The notes: generated by a model not told the origin, from the letters alone. Counted from the stretch's first letter, positions 24,032 through 36,344 are shown. The stretch is 39,547 nucleotides of DNA from Octopus bimaculoides (GCF_001194135.2 NC_068981.1:149703683-149743229); one strand, 5' to 3'. Numbers and translations are program-made.

Positions 24032-24975
24032 TGAAGCCACGCGTAACTGGCATTAAAAGGAGTATTGCCCGATCCATAGTAGCGATCTACCTACGATCTG
24101 AGAGGTGCCACAATTTGCCCCGAGGAGGAGCTCACCATGATAAGATTGATGAGGAAATGCGAGCCAGGCCTTAGGTGATTATTGATGCCAATCCACTCGC
24201 AACCCTTTAACAATTAAAGAGGGACTTAGAGGCAGCGTTGCTCGGAAAGCCGCCTATTTCTGTGTCTACAATCTCACGGACTCTAGGTGGGATGTTGATA
24301 ATTATGAAGTTGGCCGAAGATGTCCCAGATGCAAGAAATGTCCGAAGAACTCTAGAAAAGCGTTATGAGTACCCGCATTGATTCATGGAAGAGGGAGTCG
24401 TCGGTCATTCATTGACAAATGTGGGTACAACATTTGGACCGGGTGGTCTTTTGGACGCAACCCTCGAGGCGTTTCTGTTCGCCGAGTTGTCAACCATCAG
24501 CGTGGGAAAAACTGCAACGTCACTTTCGCGGTGTCGGGAGAAATCGGCCTGGTTCAGCACTCCATTGCGAACGATGTCGTTACACGAAATTCTTTTGGGG
24601 ACTTCTTAGCTAAAACAGATGGAGCATGTGCCGACATTTTCCCAGCAGATGAATCTGTCTACTTGATCTATGACAACGCACACGGTCACACGTCCATGCT
24701 GACCTCTCATCTGACGCCGACCCACGGGTCAGTCTGAAACTCCTGTCCCCCTACTCGCCGTTTCTTAATTGTACGGAAATGGCGCACTCTGCCTTTAAGG
24801 CGACGTCTCTCGAGCTGGGTTTCTGCAAAGGGTTGGCGATCAGGTTGCTGTACAAGCCGGCATGACCATAGAAGAATGGCGAGCACATGTTATGCAACAT
24901 GTCGCAAGGCTATCGCTATCGCTCCATAAAATGTGTTCGTTGGTATAGACACACCCAGACGTACCTCTCTTAAAG
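24032..24975 (+). pseudogene. IS630/Tc1-like DDE transposase (about DD34E), decayed
   Basis: GIKRSIARSIV..RGG..NPLATL..ISVSTISRTL (HTH-like), FIDKCGYNIWT (D at 24414), QRGKN, YLIYDNAHGH (D at 24672), LSPYSPFLNCTE (E at 24776). The D-E distance of 104 nt fits about 34 codons with a frameshift. Confidence 0.88.
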
Positions 24976-25318
24976 TACATATCACCCTTTCCCCGACGAA
25001 ACAAATAATTCAAATCAAAGAAATATAAACTTTTCCCAACAAGACATATTATGCAAAGGAAGTACACTTATCACAACATAATGTATTCAAAATAAAAGAA
25101 AATGAGCATTTGTTGTAATTGTGAATTTCCTTAAAAAGATTGAAAAGGCTGGAAAGTGATTTCATGAGCTCTTTAACAATAACTACATGTATCAATGCAA
25201 AGACAAAAAAGAATACATAGAATAGTCATGGGCATGATAGAGTGCTTAAAGCATAAAAATTAGATGAAAAGACATGATTATGATAACAATGATCACGCGA
25301 TAAAACAAAACCGACTAT

Positions 25319-25560
25319 CGTGCTAATTTGATTGCTCGAAGTGTTAAATAGTTTGCTACGAAAGGAATTTGAATGCTCGATAAGATGCTTCCTCGCATTC
25401 CGATTAACTTGAATGCTCTCGACAGGTATTTTAATTTCAATGATGTAAATGCTAAATTCTTTGACTGAAGTGCGAAAATGAATGATCAAAAAACGAATTT
25501 GAATGACGCTAATTTTTTCGTGACTTTGAATGACCCAATTATCAGATTGAATGACAAACA
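25319..25560 (-). repeat. Right long TIR
   Basis: rc tgtttgtcattcaatctgataattgggtcattcaaagtcacgaaaaaattagc.. matches 18522 onward. Confidence 0.85.
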
Positions 25561-26790
25561 TAGGGAAATAATTGCAAACAACTATATTTTATGCTCCCCT
25601 CAGCTTTGTTAGGGTGGGTATTGCCACTGGTATTCGTACAGGGCAGATTGCTTGTTGCTAGAGTTTCGGTATCTTATTGAAGTCGTAAATGTGACATGAA
25701 ATATGATGTTTCTTCGTGCTGCTGGTGCAACTAATACTGCTAATGCTGTACAATAATTTACAGCTTATATGTTTATATAATATGCAAATGTTGCTTAGTT
25801 TACTGCTTTGCCTTGGTTTATTTTCTTCGTAATTTAGTCGCCTAACTTAACTGATGTTGAATTTATTTTTATTGTGAATGTTATTCCTATTTTTGTTTTA
25901 TCAGGTTTCTATTTGCTGATATGTAATTTGGGGTTTCTTCTTTTATGACGAAGGAAATTACTTGCGATGCTATTATCTGCACCTTGTTATCTGCACTGTA
26001 TTAAAAGATATTATTTGCACTGAAATTTTCATCAAGAATGATTTTTTTGGAAGAGTGTCTTGGTGATATACTGCCTAGGTGATGTAACTGAAGTGTGTAA
26101 TCTGCTGGGAAAATTGATAAAGTTAATAGTAGTGCATTTGTATTTGTTAGATTCTTCCTTTTTATATCTACTGCTTGTATTCATAAATGTTGCACTTCTA
26201 ATTTAACATATGCTAATTTTTTTAATCGCTGGTGTTGTAGTTATGTGGAAGAAGTACTGGAACTGTTTTAAGGTATTATGTGTATAGGTGTGGTGTTGAC
26301 ACGGTAATGATATTTGTACCTTTTGTTCATATTGATGATCTTGATATTATTATTATTTGTGAAATGTGTGTATTTAAGTCAACTTTTTTTCAAACGGTGT
26401 TGTTTAATTACATCTGTGAATTTCGGAAAATAACTTTTCTAAGGTTTTGAAATCTGTATCACTTCGACGAAAGACGTTTGTTTTAGAATTCATCTAAGCA
26501 TACTGTGAGCGTTTGTATTGTTCCTGCGAATAAAATTCCATTACTTGATCGACATCTGAAACCTAACCATCCCAGATTTTGTTTGGCATGTATTCACAGA
26601 ACTGATTTATCCAGTATATGTACCCATTTTAAATACATTAGTGTGATCTGTGGTTGTTGTACTCTGTGACATTTAAAACGCTCAGTATTCCTTTCTCAAA
26701 TTACATCGAATTGACAAGTTCATTTCTGGATAAATTTCCGTCTTCCTTTAGCGAAGTAACTAATAAATTAACAATAAATAATGAGAGGAA

Positions 26791-27120
26791 GGCGGTGAGC
26801 GGGCAGAAACGTTAGTAGGCCGGGCGAAATGCTTAGCGGTATTTCTTCTGCCGCTACGTTCCGAGTTCAAATTCCGCCGAGGTCGTCTTTCCCTTTCATC
26901 CTTTCGGGGTCGATAAATTAAGTACCAGTTATGCACTGGGGTAGTTATAATCGACTTAATCCCCTGTCTGTCCTTGTTTGTCTCTTCTATGTTTAGCCCC
27001 TTGTGGGCAATAAAGAAATAAGAAATAAGAAACGTTAGTAGGCCGGGCTAAAAGCTTAGCAGTATTTCGCCTGTCTTAGTGTTCTGAGCTCAAATTCCGC
27101 CGAGGTCGACTTTGCTATTC
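26791..27120 (+). mobile_element. tRNA-derived SINE with MetaSINE-like core, followed by a second partial head
   Basis: A-box-like gggcagaa, B box gagttcaaattcc (26863-26875), core ttcatcctttcggggtcgataaattaagtaccag. The head repeats from agaaacgttagtaggccggg at 27028. Confidence 0.85.
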
Positions 27121-27837
27121 GTGGTCAATAGTTGTGATATTTTAATATGAATAAAATGTTGACCTTAGTTGTTGAAAATTATTAGATTACTGAAAGCTTG
27201 ATATTTGTTCATGTATCTAGCTATGCAAATGACATAAGTACTTGGTGATATTTTCTATTTAAAAATATTGAACAGGCCGACAGTTTATCGCAGTATCAGG
27301 TTGCAAATGCCTCTACAAATAAGTACACGGTGTATTTAAAGAATTAATCAACATAATTGATATATTCTGAAGGATACCAACAAAAATGCAAATTAGCTTG
27401 ACAAAACAAAACAGTTTTAAAATTCTTTGGTCAAGATAAGTATAAAAGCGAATGTTACTGCGGAAGTTCGACATCGGAAATAAAGATTGGTAGTTCGAAT
27501 AAATAGCTACTGTGAGTATACAAAACCAACTTTAGTCGAGAAAGAGAAGACTCTTACTTTCTTGAAATTTTGTTCAAACTCTAATAACAGATGAAAAACC
27601 AGATTAGTTCATCATGTTACATCGTACAGTAACTTCATACTTGCAAAAATACTTGTCTTACTACGTAATATGGCGAGCTAACCGGCTTAAACATTCTACC
27701 TTAAGATTCTATTAGTTTAAAATCACCTGTGTATAGCAGATTTTTCTCATGATGTTATCAAAGAACTCGTCATAAAATCCTGCAGAAACAGCGGTGGTGA
27801 ATTTTAAACCGCATCCTTCTTACATACTTATACATAC

Positions 27838-27861
27838 AGAGATGCTTACATACATATATAC

Positions 27862-27925
<64 letters not shown>

Positions 27926-27928
27926 ATG

Positions 27929-27968
<40 letters not shown>

Positions 27969-27974
27969 CATACA

Positions 27975-28006
<32 letters not shown>

Positions 28007-28017
28007 CATGTATATAT
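27838..28017. repeat. Compound microsatellite (TACA)(TA)(TGGA)(TAGA)(TACA)
   Basis: Directly visible. Confidence 0.95.
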
Positions 28018-28101
28018 AATGGATAACAAAACGAATGGTTTTCACCCGGTAGCTTACTCGCAAAGCACGGTCACTTTCACAGTAATCGTTATGTTGAGTG
28101 A

Positions 28102-28181
28102 CCCACGAGGAATCGATGCTAAATGTGTCGAAGCAATTGTGATTAATAATAAATTCTCGTATGTTTTATCTTCCGTCTTTC
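28102..28181 (+). repeat. Second copy of the 3820-3901 repeat
   Basis: gaggaatcgatgctaaatgtgtcgaagcaattgtgattaataataaattctcgtatgttttatcttccgtct. Confidence 0.55.
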
Positions 28182-28899
28182 ACTTGCCATATACATACAT
28201 ACATACATACATACATACATGCATACATACATACATACAAACATATATACACACACACGCACACACACACACGCAAATACACACACGCACACGCACACAC
28301 ACGTATATATATAAATGCGTAGTATGAGATATGGACTCAAAAAATCATGTGGATAGGCTCTTATGAAATTCTAGGCTTTTCTTATGAAATCGGTTACCAC
28401 TCCACGTAGTAATCCACGTTTATTTCTATGGTAACTTGTTTATAAAGAATAAAGCTATTTTCCGTTACATTTATTCTATTGAGTTGTTTTATGATACTCA
28501 GTGTAGAATTTTGAAGTTGTTCCATCTTTTAACTTCATGATGATCCTGCGAGAGGAGCGTTTGTACATGTATTGCCAATGTAGCAGTTAGAATCGTGATG
28601 TTTGTAGCTTAAACTTTCGCAGTTAAATTTAAAATTATATTATTCATTGTATGTTTGTTCTTGCTATGTGTTGCTATGCATTTGATTTATATATACAATA
28701 AACTGTTTGTGTAAAATGCGTATGTTTAGAAGTACTGTTTAATAAATTTACCGCATTGTTGCAATTCATCAATAGTAATTCTTACATAGCTTGGTTTACT
28801 TGTCAGCTTGAGTATCTTTGTACGTGTATGAGTGTGATATACATACATACATACATACATACATACACACATAAACACGGACACAGGCACACACACACA

Positions 28900-29490
28900 A
28901 ACACATAAAAATAGATATAAAGCTAAAAGGCAAAAATCTATAACCCTTAATATGCAGATGTAATCAAAACTGGAGAGAAATTCAATAATGCCTTTCAAAA
29001 CAAAAGCAACAACTATAGAGTACTAACAAGCAATAATCATGGAACAAATCACCAAAACAAACCCTCAAACCGTAGAAAACGGTTTTATTAAAAGGATACC
29101 AAATTAACTAAAAGGATCTAGCGTACCAAACAAGAAAATATAACAATAATATTAGACATATGAATAACTAGAAACCCTCCTTCCAAATCATAATAGAATG
29201 ATAGGCTACAAATAACTCACAAAACAAAATAAACACATTTTAGAGAGAAAGAATTGCAAACAAAATCGAAAGTAAGGATAAACGATACAAAGATTCATGG
29301 AAATACTGAGCCAACTGAATCAAAAGTAATAAATCTATCGCATCGTAACCAAATGAAAAGTGAAATAAAAGTTTTGGAATTTCAAGTTAAATTACAACTA
29401 CAAAACCTGATACAACTGGATAGTATTCTAAGGAATTATTGAGAAAATTTCGCCAGCGAGATTACTTTACATAAAAAAAAATAGAATAAA
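28900..29490 (+). mobile_element. A-rich N-terminal fragment of a Penelope-like element ORF
   Basis: KVINLSHRNQMKSEIKVLE..LDSILRNY resembles the VINLS...E..VL..GL motif upstream of PLE RT. Left boundary uncertain. Confidence 0.5.
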
Positions 29491-29499
29491 AGGCTTCTG

Positions 29500-30530
29500 A
29501 AAAGCCATGACAAAATTCACTGGTCCCACTCAAGAACTATACGGTCGTTATATCGATGACTGTATCAGCGCGACTTCACTCCTTACTCTCTTTTGTCCAA
29601 TCCTTCCAGCCTGCCCTCCGATTCTCCTACGCTATTTCTAACTCTTCCGTCAAATTTCTCGACATATCTGTCCGAATACTCCACTCCATTCTCACTACCT
29701 CCATCCACTACAGACACTCTGACTCACACTCCTACCTTAACTTCTCCTCCTCCTACCCTGCCTACACCAATCTTTCCATCTCCTACTCTTAATTCCTCCG
29801 TCTGCGCAAATTCTGCAGTAACAACTATGACTTTCATACTCAGTCTCAGCTCATGGCGCACCAATTCAATCTACGTGGATGTCTCCTCACCATTATCCAC
29901 ACTGCCCATGGCTCTTCTGCTCTTTCTCCTTGTACCCGCACACGTCTCCCATTATCCCTCAGCTACCACCCCTCCACCCTGCCCCTTGTACGCACCATTT
30001 TCCGAGCCTTCCGCTGACTCCAATTCGTTCCTTCCACCTCGCACATCTTTCTTAACCTACCCCTACCCTCCTTCAAACGAACCCATAATCTGCGTGACCT
30101 CTTGGTCCACGGTTTCTTAACCCCCACCTCCCAGACTGGCTCTATTCCTTGCTCCTGTCCACTCTCCAATATCACTGTATTCACAAGCACCCATAATCGT
30201 CCCTATCATATCACATACTCATTTACCTGCACTTCTAGTAACGGCATTTACTGCATCACCTACTGTCTCTATCCCTCTCTGTACATCGGCGGTCAAACGG
30301 GACACCGCTTGGCTGTCCGGTTTGCAGAACACCTCCAAGTAACCACACTCGGCAATGACACACCTTTCTCGCGCAATTTTCGCATTACGGGTCATTCGCT
30401 ACAACATCTGTCTGTGTTTGGACTGTCTTTGCACTGGTGCCATCCGGATATCTACCTTCGCCGTGAACAAAAATTAATCTTCTCTCTTAGCTCCTTGTGC
30501 TACATGTGCTCAACTCGACTCCTCTCTTCA
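29500..30530 (+). mobile_element. Penelope-like element: RT C-terminal half plus GIY-YIG endonuclease (C/T-rich, decayed)
   Basis: FTGPTQELYGRYIDDCISAT (YIDD at 29549-29560), VKFLDISV, DSHSYLNFSSSYP, FTCTSSNGIYCIT..LYIG-QTGHRLAVRFAEHL. Confidence 0.9.
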
Positions 30531-30599
30531 TCTGGCACCAACCTCAGTGCCTCTCTTCATTTTCTACCAACCCCACACCACTCCATACACACTAACATT

Positions 30600-31100
30600 G
30601 ACCACTTCCCAGCACCTACATAACACACCATCATCCTCACACCCACACGCAATCTTCCACAGCGTCACCACACATACCATTTATATCACCAGCCACACAA
30701 ACTGTTCAACTCAGTACAGACACCACATACCATCAGACACTCCCACACCCACATAAGCACATAATACTTGAACTCAGACAATATATGCTCCCACACCCAC
30801 ACAAGCACATAACATCTGAATACTGGCTATATATACATACACACGCAACATGCATTAACACACGGAACATACATAGACCAGGATAACTTTTGCTCGCATA
30901 TTTACACCATACATATGCACACTGTTTGGTCACTTACACACACACGCACACACAAACACACATGTGCACATCCACGTAAAAAAAGCAAACATCACCTGAT
31001 ACACACAACATGCACACAAGCACACGCTCACACACGTCAGACCACTATTCACACACACACTTACACACTCGCACACACCATTCTCACATACACTCACGCA
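30600..31100. repeat. Degenerate CA-rich low-complexity tract
   Basis: CA/CAC runs with a local duplication of ctcccacacccacayaagcacataa (about 30741 and 30790). Confidence 0.8.
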
Positions 31101-31104
31101 CGTG

Positions 31105-31410
31105 CAACTTCTCTTGTTCGGATGACTAGCCCTTTATTACCTACCTTTCACTCAACCTCTTTTTTTCCTGTTAGTATCTCCCTTTCTCCCAGCCTCTTTT
31201 TTCCAAATCATTCGCCATGCTGGACCGCTGAAATCTCCAGGTTTCAATCTCTCTGTTTATTTTCTCTTATTCCTTTCTGTTGGAAAGCGTAGGCACGAAA
31301 CGTAAAAGACTTCTTCATTTTCCCCGAGCGTCAAACTAATGCACTTGCTTGTTGTTCATACACCCGTCTTTGTCTTTGGCTTTTCTATAAATTTCAACTA
31401 TATATGTATA
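31105..31410 (+). mobile_element. Penelope-type terminal repeat with degenerate hammerhead (31273-31308)
   Basis: Homologous to 36680-36850 (shared agcgtasgcwcgaaacgt.aaaga..ttyccgagcgt.aWactaa). Lies downstream of the GIY-YIG ORF in the same orientation. Confidence 0.65.
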
Positions 31411-31439
31411 ACTAGCATCTACGTAGTATATTTGCAGCA

Positions 31440-31590
31440 TACGTGGTAAGAAATTTGCTGCCCATCCACACGGTTCTGTGGTCACTTCCACTGCATTGAA
31501 CTTTGGGTAAGTGTCTTTTATTATAGCTTCGGGCCGACCAAAGCCTTGTGAGTGGATTTGGTAGACAGAAACTGGAAGAAACCCGTCGTA
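31440..31590 (+). mobile_element. tRNA-derived SINE, 5' part
   Basis: gtggtaagaaatttgc..ctttgggtaagtgtcttttattatagcttcgggccgaccaaagccttgtgagtggatttggtagac, then a microsatellite. Homologous to 36345-36408. Confidence 0.8.
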
Positions 31591-31624
31591 TATGTGTGTG
31601 TGTGTGTGTGCACGGGCGCGCGTT

Positions 31625-31665
<41 letters not shown>

Positions 31666-31734
31666 TTGAGTGTATATTAAAGGTTATGATCAAAGGTCAT
31701 ATTCCACCCACTTGAACAGAATGTCTCTTCGTCA

Positions 31735-31866
31735 CCGGTATATTCCCTTTGTCAGCCGAGCGAACTGGAGTAACCTCAAATGCAGTGTTTTGCATTAGAA
31801 CACAGGACGTCGCCCGGCCCAGGAATCGAAACCACAATCTTAGAACCCCATAACCACTGAGTCACG
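31735..31866 (-). mobile_element. tRNA-derived SINE head, second family
   Basis: rc gactcagtggtta (A box) and ggtttcgattcc (B box). Confidence 0.7.
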
Positions 31867-33061
31867 CACGCACGCACACACACGCACACACACACACAGA
31901 CACACACACACATACATGTATATGCATATAGATACACACATGCATACATGTGTGTGTATGTGTTTCTACACGACTATACATACATAAGTACACGCTAGTA
32001 CACAAATATATCAACACATATGTGCATGTATGCCGGTTTACGTAAGAGTGTGGGCGTGTGCGTCCGTGTGTATGTGCATGTGTGTGTGCATGTATTTGTG
32101 TGTGCGTGCGTGCGTGCGTGCGTTAATGCTATTATACTGTCAGAATGAACTGAATTATTATTTTCTTAAAATGATATCCAACGTCATGCAGCAAGCGTCA
32201 GTATGCTTTGCAGAAATTATTTCGAAAGGTTGCTTGAAACATTTTCAAGTAGTTTATTATACGTATTAGGTGATACAGCAGCTAAAAGGCTATAATTCAC
32301 ATAGTGCTTCTCGAAGAAGATATTCTCCTCCACCTGACATTGACTGACAAAACGACTAATAAGTTATACTGTCAGCGAATGTCGTGTAGAAGAGAATTTC
32401 TACTCCAGGATCAAAGTGAAGGAAACTGCATGGAATTCACATCATGTACATTTAGGTATGATGGCAAGTTTTCCGAGGTTGTCAGATAGTTTGTTGTCAA
32501 TGTATATATATATATTTTCCGCCAGATATTTTGATGGCTAAATTGGTTTTAATAATAATTTAACCCTTGTCGTTTCATTCAGCTATGCACTCATCACATG
32601 TGATCTATTTTCTTGGTTCGTTGTGGTATCAGGTGATTTTTAACTTGAACATTTCAGTAAATATGAAAGTAACTTCTAAATATACGTCTGCTTCTTTTCA
32701 GCTGAGTATAGAATGAAAATATTTAGATAAACATATGGTTGCGTTCGTTTATAGAAATGCATGGTTACGTTCAAACGTATGCGTCTATTCAAACACTTCT
32801 ATGGATATGTAATAATATACATTTAGACACTAATCAAATTAATGTAACTTTGAACGATATAATGTTTTGTTTTTTTTTACTAGAAAACAGTATATTCAGT
32901 CATCCTATTTCGATGTTCATAGATCGAGCAGTAGCCATGTGGTTAATAAATTCACAGAGCAAACACATGATCTAGGAATCCATACGCCGTTTGACCGAAC
33001 CCTATCAGTCGAACTTAGTAAATGGAAGCGTTATACACACATGCAAACGTTCATATTTATA

Positions 33062-34605
33062 AACTGCTATTCAAAACTACGAATCAATATGTTTTTTTTT
33101 TTTAAAGTTATTCAGAAACTTAGTTCTGTATTTAAGTTATTCAGAAAATTAGCTATGTATTTAAGTGGCATAAATTTGAAATGTAAGCCTTGAACTCTTA
33201 TTATCACATTACAACACCTGATTTTCCAATTTTTCGTAGCGTATCAACATTTCAAAACTACAAAACCACTTATATATTTTCATTTCTTTCCACATTATTT
33301 CTGAAGATATTCGGCTCAATTGTACTCTCTATGATCCAAATTACATTTCCAGTATGCCTCGAAATTGGACAAGAGAAGATTCTTGCAATGAAAGTGGAAG
33401 GAATGAGTAACCGGAAGATTACCGGGAAGACTCGGAGAAGCAGAACGCCAGTGGACAAGTTTTTGAAAGAACCTAACGGCTACAACAGGGTTCATGCTGG
33501 CGGACGTCCCAAGGCTGCATCAGAAAGGGATGAAGGGCCATTGTCAGAGTTGTGAAGAAGTCACGCTGTTCTTCCTTTTTCCAAAATCGAGGCATCAACA
33601 GGAGTAGGAGTCTCGACATCCACTGTAAGAAGTGTGATTTTGACCCATGGTTTCCCCCTCAAGAAGCGGCTAGGACATCCGTTATTGTCGCCTTCCCACA
33701 AAGCTATTAGATTGGAGTTCGCTCGGCAGCATCAAACATGGGATAGTGAATCAACTAGGGTTCAGTTCTCTGACGAGAAAAAACGGAGTTTGGAAGGCTA
33801 CGACGGTAGTTAGTATTAATGGGCAGATAAATATATACAAAATTCTACATATTCCCAGTGGCGTAACAGCGGAGGCGGTCTTATGGTCAGGGGAGCAATA
33901 TATGCGTATGGGAAGCAGCCAATTGTCATCATGTGTGGACGTTTCAGTGCTGCACGATACATCGATATGCTGGACGGGATTCACATTGACGAAGAAGGAA
34001 GAAGGCACCATAGCAAGAAATTCATATTTGATCAGGACAATGCTCCTATTTATAAAGCAAAGGTAACTTTAGTTTTCCTTCATGCAATTGATGCTGAAGT
34101 CATGCCATGACCAGGAAGAAGTCTGGACTTTAATCCTACAGAGAATGCCAAGATATATCTCACGAATGTTGTATATCCCACGAATATTGAGTTGATCAAC
34201 TTGAAAGAGCAATAAAGTAGGCCTGAAAAGAGCTTCCACTTGATCTGCTGCAGAAGTTGATCGGGAGCATGAAATCGCCTGTCTTTGAAGTAGTTCAGAA
34301 AGGTGGTGCTGAAACACACTATTGTTGATGAATTGCATGAGAATATTGAAATCTATTATAATTTCCTTGTTTGGAATGAATTTTAGAGCATTATTCAACC
34401 TGATATTATAGCTTCAACGGTGGAGTTTCTGATTGTGTATGTTTTTTTTTACTTATTATGTAATTTATTTTAGGATTCCAATAAATTTGAATATTGCAAT
34501 TCCTTCATTTATTATATTTCCTCTCTAGAGGTGAGTTTTATGAATTTGGGTAGTATAGTTCGCCAGGATAAAACAGTTCTCTGGCTATATAGTTTTGAAG
34601 AGCAG

Positions 34606-34607
<2 letters not shown>
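33062..34607 (+). mobile_element. Tc1/Tc3-type DD34E DNA transposon, decayed
   Basis: TIR core actgctattcaaaacta (33063-33079) against rc of 34590-34606 actgctcttcaaaacta (16/17). TA at 33060-33061 and 34608-34609. A 29-bp tandem duplication lies at 33105-33166. Confidence 0.85.
33354..34320 (+). pseudogene. Tc1-family transposase pseudogene (DD34E)
   Basis: GGRPK, VSTSTVR, RLEFARQH, FSDEKK, GGGLMVRGAI, FDQDNAPIY, *PGRSLDFNPTEN. 34 residues between D and E. Confidence 0.92.
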
Positions 34608-34654
<47 letters not shown>

Positions 34655-34679
34655 AATATTACTATTAGATTGAACGCCA

Positions 34680-35310
34680 CGCATCCATTTCCAAGTAAGT
34701 TTATCTTTATCTTTTTGATGCGACTCTATTCTAAACAGTTTTCTCTCTCATCCTTTCTCTAATTTCCTTTTTTCTTCCCCTTCACAGTTTCCTATCTGTC
34801 TGTCTCCCTCTCTTTCCCCGTTTCTCTCTCTCGTTGCTCGCACGCGACCATCGTCCATCTTTCTCTTCCTCAGGTAATCATCTTTCTTTTCTTTCAAGGT
34901 TGTCTTAAGGACAGCACGTATCCTACATCTTTCTCTTCTATTTTTTCTCTTCTCAAAGAAAATATTTCTCTAGCGTTCGTTATTTTACCCTCCTTCTGGT
35001 CTAACGTCCCTTCATGTTTGGCTTCATTCGGTTTCCTTGTGTGTCTCTTCACTTTTCTTTTTTTGTTCTCAACTTTGGCCCTCCATAAATCCCAAATTTC
35101 ATGTTGGTACTTAAGGAAGCAACTGCCTTCGAAGACATATTTTCGTTCAATGCTCGAAATGGGGAGTAGATAGACAGCCGACAACTGATGAAGGGTCGTT
35201 CATTGTGTTACTTGTCCTGTTTTCCATTTGTTTCTCTCCTTGCTTGCGTATTGAACTCATTTGTTTTCGTATTTCATGTTGTTCACTGTTGGTGACATCC
35301 TGTACCCATA
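34680..35310 (-). mobile_element. Unclassified dispersed-repeat fragment, possibly the 5' region of a Penelope-like element
   Basis: Strong purine skew on the minus strand, a basic 96-aa ORF (34894-35184), and a lone CTGATGA at 35185-35191. Family assignment is recall only. Confidence 0.3.
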
Positions 35311-35435
35311 TATGCATATATATATATGTATATATATATATATCTATATCTATATGTGTGTGTGTGTATAATATAAATAATATATATGCGTATACATATA
35401 TATATGCATATATATACTATATATATCATAAATAT

Positions 35436-36260
35436 NNNNNNNNNNNNNNNNNNNNNNNNNNNNNNNNNNNNNNNNNNNNNNNNNNNNNNNNNNNNNNNNN
35501 NNNNNNNNNNNNNNNNNNNNNNNNNNNNNNNNNNNNNNNNNNNNNNNNNNNNNNNNNNNNNNNNNNNNNNNNNNNNNNNNNNNNNNNNNNNNNNNNNNNN
35601 NNNNNNNNNNNNNNNNNNNNNNNNNNNNNNNNNNNNNNNNNNNNNNNNNNNNNNNNNNNNNNNNNNNNNNNNNNNNNNNNNNNNNNNNNNNNNNNNNNNN
35701 NNNNNNNNNNNNNNNNNNNNNNNNNNNNNNNNNNNNNNNNNNNNNNNNNNNNNNNNNNNNNNNNNNNNNNNNNNNNNNNNNNNNNNNNNNNNNNNNNNNN
35801 NNNNNNNNNNNNNNNNNNNNNNNNNNNNNNNNNNNNNNNNNNNNNNNNNNNNNNNNNNNNNNNNNNNNNNNNNNNNNNNNNNNNNNNNNNNNNNNNNNNN
35901 NNNNNNNNNNNNNNNNNNNNNNNNNNNNNNNNNNNNNNNNNNNNNNNNNNNNNNNNNNNNNNNNNNNNNNNNNNNNNNNNNNNNNNNNNNNNNNNNNNNN
36001 NNNNNNNNNNNNNNNNNNNNNNNNNNNNNNNNNNNNNNNNNNNNNNNNNNNNNNNNNNNNNNNNNNNNNNNNNNNNNNNNNNNNNNNNNNNNNNNNNNNN
36101 NNNNNNNNNNNNNNNNNNNNNNNNNNNNNNNNNNNNNNNNNNNNNNNNNNNNNNNNNNNNNNNNNNNNNNNNNNNNNNNNNNNNNNNNNNNNNNNNNNNN
36201 NNNNNNNNNNNNNNNNNNNNNNNNNNNNNNNNNNNNNNNNNNNNNNNNNNNNNNNNNNNN
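35436..36260. other. Assembly gap (other gaps: 6875-6981, 8196-8205, 12433-12736, 13419-13428, 13982-14560)
   Basis: Runs of N, mostly bordered by microsatellites. Confidence 1.
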
Positions 36261-36344
36261 ATATATTGAGAATAACAATGTAGTCATAATGTTGGATGGG
36301 TATATATATTTTTATTTACATTGTAACCGCTTTCTTCCATTATG

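Larger units (their letters stand above)
18522..25560 (+). mobile_element. IS630/Tc1-like DNA transposon with ~250-bp TIRs (about 2 kb net) containing a nested 5-kb LINE
   Basis: Left end TA|cgtttgtcatt (TA at 18520-18521). Right end aatgacaaaca|TA (TA at 25561-25562). Long imperfect inverted repeats at 18522-18775 and 25319-25560. Transposase remnant at 24032-24975. Confidence 0.85.

Noticed and set aside
24032-24975. Bacterial contamination or a recent prokaryotic IS630 insertion
   Set aside because: The element is heavily decayed, has ~250-bp TIRs, hosts a eukaryotic LINE and is continuous with microsatellite- and SINE-rich animal DNA.
25600-26700. T/G-skewed kilobase, possibly an ancient minus-strand LINE ORF1
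   Set aside because: Only faint motif resemblance; not enough to annotate without an HMM search.
34855-34879. Polypyrimidine-AG|GTAAT recursive-splice-like motif
   Set aside because: It lies in a pyrimidine-skewed repeat where such motifs arise by chance, and no host intron is established.
35141-35200. CTGATGA core and an upstream GAAA as a possible hammerhead
   Set aside because: No convincing stem I or III and no NUH site could be formed.
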